Part shown: one piece after another, positions 57,711 through 64,000 of the stretch | Layout: the number at the start of each line of letters is the position of its first letter | Numbering within the stretch: position 1 is the stretch's first letter | NCBI GenBank assembly: GCA_963674965.2 | Contig: CAXXFL010000001.1 | Location: forward strand, 1,376,001 to 1,440,000 | Source: a bacterium | Lineage (GTDB): Bacteria > RBG-13-61-14 > DATKZS01 | Reading direction: 5' to 3' | DNA length: 64,000 bases | Translations under genes and position numbers: made by a program | The notes under the pieces: model-generated | Database searches by the model: none | What the model saw: the letters and a program-made list of their open reading frames with translations, nothing else | What the model was told of the DNA's origin: nothing

Positions 57711-58844
57711 ATGAAGATCGTAGAAATCGAGGCGTGGCTTTGCCATCATCCGTTGCCGGCCACATTCAATCCCACCTGGATACCCGGTTACCCCCAGACC
57801 CGCAATTCCTGCCTGATCCTGATTTTCAAAACCGACGAGGGCATCGAGGGATACAGCGCCGGCGTGGGCTTTCTGGATGAGGCCAAAGGCCTTGCGTCCC
57901 TGATCCGTCCCTTTATGATGAACCGCGACCCCTTTCAGGTGGAGGACTTCATCCGCGTTTTAAGGAGCGCGTCCTCGATCGGCTACCGGGGCTTCTTCGC
58001 GGAGATAGCCCTGTGGGACATAATCGGCAAGGCGGCCGGCCTGCCCATTTACAAGATGTGGGGCGGCGTTCGCGACCGCATCCCCGCCTACTGCAGCACG
58101 GGCGAGCTTCACGACCCGGAGAGGCGAGTCGAGGAAGTACTGAAGATCAAGGAGATGGGCTTCAAGGCGGTCAAGCTTCGGGTCAAGTCGGACAATATCA
58201 ACGACGACGTCGAGATAGTCGAGGCGGTCAGAGACGCGGTGGGCGACGAGATGGACATAATGGTAGACGCCAACCAGGGATGGCCCATACACGGTTTCGG
58301 GTCTTACCCGGTCTGGACGGTGAAGCGAGCGATCGACACGGCCCACGCCTACGAGGGCCTTCTCGTGCGCTGGCTCGAGGAGCCCCTTTACCGTTTTGAT
58401 TACGAGGGCTACTCGAGGCTTAGGGAGGCCACCACCGTGCCCATCGCGGGCGGGGAGTTCAACGTTGACCTGCACGAGTTCCGCGACATTATCGACCGGG
58501 GATGCCTGGACATCCTGCAGCCGGACGCGACCATATCCACCGGTCTTTGGAACTGCCGCAAGGTGGCGGCCATGGCCGAGGCCAACAACCTCGAGTTCTC
58601 GCCCCATACCTGGACCAACGGCCTGGGCTTCGCGGCCAACCTCCAGGTCATGGCCTCGGTGAGCAATTGCCCCTATTGCGAGTTCCCCTACGAGCCGCCG
58701 GGATGGGTCCCCTCGGCCAGGGACTTCATGCTCACCGAAACCATAGATATTGACGAGGAAGGCTTCATCAAAGTGCCGGACAAGCCCGGACTGGGAGTCG
58801 AGCTGGACATGGAAAAAATCAAGGCCTGCGGAGAGTTGGTTTAA
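57711..58844 (+). CDS. Mandelate racemase/muconate lactonizing enzyme family protein
   Basis: EIALWDI.GKA, KAVKLR, VDANQ, WLEEP, GGE, ILQPD, PH, PDKPGLG. Confidence 0.92.
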   Translation: MKIVEIEAWLCHHPLPATFNPTWIPGYPQTRNSCLILIFKTDEGIEGYSAGVGFLDEAKGLASLIRPFMMNRDPFQVEDFIRVLRSASSIGYRGFFAEIALWDIIGKAAGLPIYKMWGGVRDRIPAYCSTGELHDPERRVEEVLKIKEMGFKAVKLRVKSDNINDDVEIVEAVRDAVGDEMDIMVDANQGWPIHGFGSYPVWTVKRAIDTAHAYEGLLVRWLEEPLYRFDYEGYSRLREATTVPIAGGEFNVDLHEFRDIIDRGCLDILQPDATISTGLWNCRKVAAMAEANNLEFSPHTWTNGLGFAANLQVMASVSNCPYCEFPYEPPGWVPSARDFMLTETIDIDEEGFIKVPDKPGLGVELDMEKIKACGELV

Positions 58845-58930
58845 GATAATAACCAATATGGGCAGCGGGAGCGGGAGACTCATCGGAAGTTCCTCGCTCC
58901 CTCGCTTTAAGATAAGGAATCGAAGGACCG

Positions 58931-59794
58931 GTGTCTGACAGGACTCGTAAAATCATCGTCTTCTTTTTGTTTGGAGCGGGGTTATTTCCGCTTGTACTCA
59001 ATCTTCTCGGCTTGTTTATCCCACCCCGTTCCGAAGATTTGTACCATGAGAAGACAAACCTGTTTAAAAATGACCTTACCCTGCGAGCCGATGATTTTTT
59101 TTCCGGGATGGAACGCCGCGCGGGCGAGAGCGAAAAGGATTACGCGAGGCGAATGACGCTTCTGGTCAATCAAGGCATTGCCCATCAGTGGGAGAAATCC
59201 AACGCTTTCAAATACAGGATGACGGTCCCGCCATGGGAGAACTATTTCCTCTTTGCCAAAAGTATCATCAGTCCTAAAAGATACAAGCGTTACGAGTACG
59301 CGGATTATAAAAAGGCGGCCGAGCGAGGCGTGGGGCTTTGTTCCCAGCACGTGGTCGTGCTCGAGTCGGTCCTCGCTCGGGAAGGCATGGAGGCCAACGT
59401 GGTGGTGCTGGGAGGTCACGTGGTGGCCAGGGTGGAAGCCGACGGGGCCTGGATTATGGCCGACCCGGATTACGGCGTGATCGTGCCCGAAGATATTACC
59501 GAGATCGAGAAGGACCCCAAGCTTGTCCTCCCATATTATCGGGGGATCGAAAAACAATACGCCGACCCTTCCCGCAAGGGCGCCTTGACCGCCGAAGACA
59601 TGGTCCGTATCTATGGCCACGAGGGTAATTTCGTGCTGCGCGGCGCCGAGGATTACCTCGGTACCGAGGCCGTTTACTTCGAGCGCTATTCCTATATCGC
59701 CAAGTGGGCGCTTCCCGTTCTTCTCGTCCTGCCTTTCATCTCCTGGCTTTGGAAGCGAGCTTGCACAAGGGAGGACATGCCCGGCGGGGAATAG
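58931..59794 (+). CDS. Membrane-anchored transglutaminase-like protein
   Basis: Two terminal TMs; GLCSQ / GHVV / W..ADPDYG putative Cys-His-Asp triad. Confidence 0.6.
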   Translation: MSDRTRKIIVFFLFGAGLFPLVLNLLGLFIPPRSEDLYHEKTNLFKNDLTLRADDFFSGMERRAGESEKDYARRMTLLVNQGIAHQWEKSNAFKYRMTVPPWENYFLFAKSIISPKRYKRYEYADYKKAAERGVGLCSQHVVVLESVLAREGMEANVVVLGGHVVARVEADGAWIMADPDYGVIVPEDITEIEKDPKLVLPYYRGIEKQYADPSRKGALTAEDMVRIYGHEGNFVLRGAEDYLGTEAVYFERYSYIAKWALPVLLVLPFISWLWKRACTREDMPGGE

Positions 59795-60002
59795 ACTCCG
59801 GGGTAATCCGCAATGGAAACGCTTTCGGCCTCTGGGTCAGTACCGCGAACCCATAAGCCACGCGGCGTTAGCCGTTGGATTGAAAATGTGCAAGCGGGGA
59901 AGTCTTTTATCTTCTGTCCCGCGCCTTTCGTTGGATAACTATTGCATTTGACTCAAGGAGACTCTATTCTTTTCGTGGATTTTTAACCATGGAGGTAAGG
60001 TC

Positions 60003-60470
60003 ATGGATGTTCGGATCGTCGAGGTACCGACTCTAAAAGTGCTTGGCGCGGCGGGGAGGGGCAAGTACCAGATCATCCCCGAGCTTTTGGGGCGGGTTTT
60101 CCACTACGCCATGTCAAGGGGCGTCCAGTTTGGCGGACCGCCGCTTTTCGTCTGCCACGAAAAGTCGGTCGAGGAAGTGATGAAGGCCAACGAGGAGGGT
60201 ACGGCCGAGGTGGAAGTCGCCATACCGGTGGTGGGGGACGTGGAGGGAAGCGCCGACGTCAAGGCCTACGAGCTGCCCGGAGGCAAGATGGCCAGAATCG
60301 TCCATAAAGGCCCCTACGATAAGATCGAGCCCACCTATAACGAGCTTTGGGACTGGCTTGGCAAGAACGGCAAGAAGCTTAACGGCAACGTACGGGAAGT
60401 CTATCTTAACGACCCGAACACGACCCCGCCCGAGGAGCTTCTGACCGAGATATACGCGCCCATCGAGTGA
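60003..60470 (+). CDS. GyrI-like small-molecule-binding protein
   Basis: LPGGKMA..HKGPYD...Y..L..W, REVYLNDP...LTEIYAP. Confidence 0.88.
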   Translation: MDVRIVEVPTLKVLGAAGRGKYQIIPELLGRVFHYAMSRGVQFGGPPLFVCHEKSVEEVMKANEEGTAEVEVAIPVVGDVEGSADVKAYELPGGKMARIVHKGPYDKIEPTYNELWDWLGKNGKKLNGNVREVYLNDPNTTPPEELLTEIYAPIE

Positions 60471-60644
60471 AGGTGAATCCGTCCAGCGATTGATTATTGG
60501 TGGTCCGGATAGCCTGCCCTCTGGACGCCGCCGAGCGACGGGAGGGCGTTTTGCCGTAAAATTTCGGTTCGGCGGCATTATTCCAAGACAACATCGTTAT
60601 CCAGGGCTATTTAGTAAAAGGCCCTTGACATTGGGGAGAGCGGT

Positions 60645-61511
60645 ATGGATCAAAACTCGATGAAAATGACCCCGAGCGAAATGGCGGCGGAGGCGGACAA
60701 TTATATCCTGGGCCAGACCGCTGACAAGTTGGCGGTGGGCGTCTTCGCCTGCGCCGTTTTCATCGTTTCGGTGACGCTTTCGGCCATGGAGGCGCGCGGT
60801 CCCGGCGCGGTCATCGGCCCGGCCCTCTGGAGCGCGGCGTATCTGATCATAGCCGCGCGAGTGGCGTTGCGCCCGCGCAAGGAATTGCTCGATTACGTCT
60901 TTATCTTGGTTTGCGTCTCCTCGCTCCCGATCTATTACGTCCGCGCCATCGTGATCTGGTACGCGCCTCACGAGTGGTCTATCATTGGCTTCATCGTCGG
61001 CGAGACCGTAGCCGCGGCTTTTGCCATCGCCTATTTCGCCTGGAGCTTCCGCCTGTCCTATCCCCCGGCGACTAAAACCGACGACGGAATTCTGATCCTC
61101 ATCGTTATCCTGATGAGCGCCGTGCTGGGCCTGGTTTTCTTTTGCCAACTGGCTGCGGCTTTGGCCAATAATCTCGACCTTATCAAAAACCTGCCGCCGA
61201 GACTGGTTTACACCCCATACGGCGCCATGTTTTATCTTAACTCTCTCATCATTATCTCGGGAGCGATAATGAAAACCATTAAAACCCAGCGCCTGGAGGA
61301 CGCGGCCCAAATTCTAACCCAGTTCCTTTCGATCGTCTCCATTCTCCTTTACAAAATCCCCACCTTCTGGTTTGGCCCTCTGATTCATGGACAATGGGGT
61401 TACGTGGCGCTCCACGCGCTCCCGAAAGAAATTTTGCCGCTGGCTTTCGCGGTGGCCTTTTTCGCCGCGCCAATTCCATCCGCTCCTGAAGGAAACCGGG
61501 GCCTGGGGTAA
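60645..61511 (+). CDS. Hypothetical polytopic membrane protein
   Basis: About 8 hydrophobic segments; GGAG RBS; TTGACA upstream. Confidence 0.6.
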   Translation: MDQNSMKMTPSEMAAEADNYILGQTADKLAVGVFACAVFIVSVTLSAMEARGPGAVIGPALWSAAYLIIAARVALRPRKELLDYVFILVCVSSLPIYYVRAIVIWYAPHEWSIIGFIVGETVAAAFAIAYFAWSFRLSYPPATKTDDGILILIVILMSAVLGLVFFCQLAAALANNLDLIKNLPPRLVYTPYGAMFYLNSLIIISGAIMKTIKTQRLEDAAQILTQFLSIVSILLYKIPTFWFGPLIHGQWGYVALHALPKEILPLAFAVAFFAAPIPSAPEGNRGLG

Positions 61512-61645
61512 CCATGACGGCCTATCAGGGCGCCGACCGGCTCTGGTAGTTAAGGCGGGAGGCTTACAAACGCGTACGTTTTCAATCACGCGGCTCACGC
61601 CGCGCCGAACATCGTCTATCGCCGTCACTCACGGCGAGATAAAAG

Positions 61646-61666
61646 AAGGCCCTCGGGGAGGGCCTT
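61646..61666 (-). terminator. Probable terminator after ferredoxin
   Basis: AAGGCCCTC-GGG-GAGGGCCTT hairpin followed by CTTTT on the minus strand. Confidence 0.6.
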
Positions 61667-61690
61667 GAAAGGGATGTAGATTTATTTTCA

Positions 61691-61864
61691 CTAGGCCGGG
61701 GCTATGCACTCCTGTGGGCATATCTCGGCGCAGGACCCGCAATCCGAGCAAAGGTCCGGGTCGATAACGTAGCAGTCCTTTCCTTCCTGTATGGCTTCCT
61801 CCGGGCACTCGGTGGCGCAGGCGCCGCAAAGGATACACTCGTCGCAGTTTATCTTGTGAGCCAT
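61691..61864 (-). CDS. 2[4Fe-4S] ferredoxin, 57 aa (not in ORF track)
   Basis: MAHKINCDECILCGACATECP...CSDCGSCAEICP; GGAGG RBS. Confidence 0.93.
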   Translation of the reverse strand: MAHKINCDECILCGACATECPEEAIQEGKDCYVIDPDLCSDCGSCAEICPQECIAPA

Positions 61865-61898
61865 AAATACCTCCAGCTCGAGTAAACCGCTCGCCGAG

Positions 61899-62144
61899 TC
61901 AGGTGGCGCAGGAACCGCCGGTCGGAAGGGCCACCACCTCGGTCACCTGGGGAAGCTTTTCCTTGAGCACCCGCTCGACGCCCAGCTTGAGGGTCATTTG
62001 AGCGCCCGGGCAGCCGGCGCAGGCGCCCTGCAGTCTTACCAGCACCTGTCCGTTTTCCTTTACGTCCACCAGTTCTATATCCCCTCCGTCCCTTTGGAGC
62101 ATGGGCCGGATTTCATTTATTACTTCCTGTACCTGTTCTTTCAT
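61899..62144 (-). CDS. NifU/NfuA C-terminal-domain Fe-S carrier
   Basis: [30 protein letters not shown]. Confidence 0.93.
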   Translation of the reverse strand: MKEQVQEVINEIRPMLQRDGGDIELVDVKENGQVLVRLQGACAGCPGAQMTLKLGVERVLKEKLPQVTEVVALPTGGSCAT

Positions 62145-62277
62145 TTCATTCTCCTTTCAAAACGAGTCGGCCTTTCCGCTCGGGCCGCGCTATTATTTAC
62201 TACTATTATGATCGCCTGACTCGGTTTAGGTTACAACCAAACCCCAAGAAAAAGCAAACCGCCAAAATGCAAAAGCG

Positions 62278-62646
62278 CTAAATGTTGTGCTTGTTCGCCT
62301 CGTACCACTTGTTCCATTCCTCGACGGTTTTAAACTTCTGGCCCGTGATCTTCTGCATGCAGGAAATGGAAAGCTCCTCCGTTTCTCCTCCCTCCCTCAT
62401 GGCCTTCATCAGTTGAGGGGCCGCGAAGTCGCCGTACTCGAGGATGGAGTTGATCGCCTTTTGCTTTGCCTCGGCGTCCGGACTGGAAAACTCATCGATG
62501 GATTTGGCTATCATCTTCTCGAGCTTGGTGGGAAACATTCCGAGTTTGAAAATGTCGTCGGCCGCCGCCACGCCCAGTATAAGCGTGTATATGAGCAACA
62601 CGGCCAACGCGATGTTCGCCTTGTTTTTTTCCCAGAACTCTTTCAA
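62278..62646 (-). CDS. Hypothetical membrane-anchored HEAT-repeat-like protein
   Basis: N-terminal TM, helical repeats, ITGQKF...W.KWY ending. Confidence 0.6.
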   Translation of the reverse strand: MKEFWEKNKANIALAVLLIYTLILGVAAADDIFKLGMFPTKLEKMIAKSIDEFSSPDAEAKQKAINSILEYGDFAAPQLMKAMREGGETEELSISCMQKITGQKFKTVEEWNKWYEANKHNI

Positions 62647-62742
62647 GGATTTCCTCCCGTACTTGGGTTTTATTTTATCCGGATTCCGAAATTATGACAA
62701 GATAAGATTATACCGGTTCCCGCCGCCGAGTAAAACCCGGCT

Positions 62743-63159
62743 TCATGGAACGGCGCTCTCCGGCGACTCGCTGGCGATGATGAGCTTTTTCGCCCCCGCC
62801 TTCTTGCACCTCTCCATGGCCGAGATCGCGCCCTGCAGCGCCACCTTGCGGTCGGCCTTGACCACCACCGCCCGGTCGGGAGACGCGGCCAGGGCCATGC
62901 CCACCTGACGCTCGAGTTCGTCCAGACCGACGGGAACGCCGGCCAGGGTCACCGCCCCCGCGGCGTCGATCACAACCACTATCTCGTCGCTCTCCTGCAG
63001 GGTACCCGACTCGGCCTCGGGAAGGTTTACGTCCACGCCCTCGGGCTGAACGAAAAAAGCCGTAAGTAAAAAGAAAATCAAAAGCTGGAACACGATGTCA
63101 ACGAGAGGAGTTATATTGACCGAGACCTCCCCCCCGCGGGAGCGCTGAATGTCGATCAT
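62743..63159 (-). CDS. exbD: ExbD/TolR family protein
   Basis: NITPLVDIVFQLLIFF, VNLP.A, VVVKAD. Confidence 0.9.
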   Translation of the reverse strand: MIDIQRSRGGEVSVNITPLVDIVFQLLIFFLLTAFFVQPEGVDVNLPEAESGTLQESDEIVVVIDAAGAVTLAGVPVGLDELERQVGMALAASPDRAVVVKADRKVALQGAISAMERCKKAGAKKLIIASESPESAVP

Positions 63160-63161
63160 GG

Positions 63162-63854
63162 TCAGTCCTCCCCCTGGCCGCCCCGGTCATCGGAGCAAAC
63201 CCCGCCCGTTATCGCCTCCTCCGCCGCGTCGATGAAACTCACCGCCTGAGCCTGGATGTCGGCCGCCAGGCGGTTGACGCGACTCGAGAGATAATTATGG
63301 GCCACCACCACCGGGATGGCCACGGCCAGTCCCAGAAGCGTGGTAAGAAGGGCCTCCCAGATGCCCCCCGCCAGCACCGAGGCGTTGACCTTGCCCTGTA
63401 AGGCCTCGATCTTCATGAAGGCCCGGATCATGCCCAGCACCGTGCCGGCCAGACCCAAAAGAGGCGAGATATTGCCGATGGTGGCCAGGGTGGACAGGTA
63501 CCTCTCGAGGCCCCGTACCTCGAGGGTGCCGTAATGCCCGGCCAGCTTCTCCAAGGTGCGCCGTCTAAACGGTCCGTTCGGGTCCACCTTTTCCAGAAGC
63601 GGCAACAGAACGCGCGAGGAAGGATGGGCCACCTTGGCCAATGAGGCCTCGGCCGCCTCGAAGTTACCCTCCGCGACCAGGGTAAGGAAACGGTCGAACC
63701 AGTCGCCGCTGCCACCCACCCTCCAGTAGGTCCAGACCCGCTCGATGATGATGGTCAGGGCGATAAGGGAGCAAAGAAGTATCGGGTACCCGATCTCGCC
63801 GGACTTCTCGAAGAACTTCCACGCGGCAATGGCCGTTTGTCTGGCGGTTTCCAT
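63162..63854 (-). CDS. exbB: ExbB/TolQ proton-channel family protein
   Basis: SPLLGLAGTVLGMIRAF, LAGGIWEALLTT..GLAVAIP. Confidence 0.9.
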   Translation of the reverse strand: METARQTAIAAWKFFEKSGEIGYPILLCSLIALTIIIERVWTYWRVGGSGDWFDRFLTLVAEGNFEAAEASLAKVAHPSSRVLLPLLEKVDPNGPFRRRTLEKLAGHYGTLEVRGLERYLSTLATIGNISPLLGLAGTVLGMIRAFMKIEALQGKVNASVLAGGIWEALLTTLLGLAVAIPVVVAHNYLSSRVNRLAADIQAQAVSFIDAAEEAITGGVCSDDRGGQGED

Positions 63855-64000
63855 TATCCTGGCCGCCCGGTTAATACGAAATAGCGGATCATGTCACAAG
63901 ATTCTAATACCAATCGCCCCGCTTCTCAAGAATCAAGAAAAAGCAGGGGCGAAAAAATGGACGTGTCCGATCGAAAATGCCTCATTAATATGCCGATTCC

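Noticed and set aside
59850-59885. Imperfect palindrome resembling IS200/IS605 or REP ends
   Set aside because: Single degenerate copy with no associated tnpA/RAYT gene.
61629-61838. 69-aa ORF in the track
   Set aside because: Wrong frame; the real gene is the 57-aa ferredoxin at 61691-61864.
1-64000. CRISPR arrays, rRNA, prophage or recognisable defence operons
   Set aside because: No regularly spaced repeats, rRNA-like sequence or hallmark proteins seen.

Overview
A GC-rich bacterial chromosome segment. The flagellar gene order and sigma54/sigma28 control suggest a Desulfobacterota/'Deltaproteobacteria'-like lineage (inference). Layout: (1) 3' end of polA, coupled to a ROK kinase and nagA. 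(2) A secreted multi-domain papain-family protease and two hypothetical genes. (3) A 21-kb polar-type flagellar cluster (motAB-fliLMNOPQR-flhBAFG-fliA-orf; flgFGAHI; flgJ-flgMNKL) with three sigma54 promoters, a candidate enhancer pair and a sigma28 promoter. (4) A patchwork of envelope and hydrolase genes ending at tRNA-Arg(CCT). (5) A PEGA-LCP protein, a DUF5752-treT-otsB-otsA trehalose operon, an endoglycoceramidase-like GH5, PBP1A and a CoA transferase. (6) An lsrF-like/Zn-dehydrogenase operon interrupted by an intact 1314-bp IS110 element. (7) An enolase-superfamily enzyme, GyrI-like protein, ferredoxin, NifU and exbBD. The best finding is the IS110 element. Both ends, a circle-junction promoter and a folded bridge-RNA-like ncRNA can be read from the sequence, and the guide loops match a Shine-Dalgarno target (AAAGGAGA), so the element appears programmed to insert into ribosome-binding sites and regenerate them. 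Other notable signals are a flgJ tail repeat that doubles as the flgM sigma28 promoter, strong CTCGAG over-representation, and an orphan Nal1-type prodomain fused to a membrane protein. All calls come from motif recognition by eye; no database searches were run.
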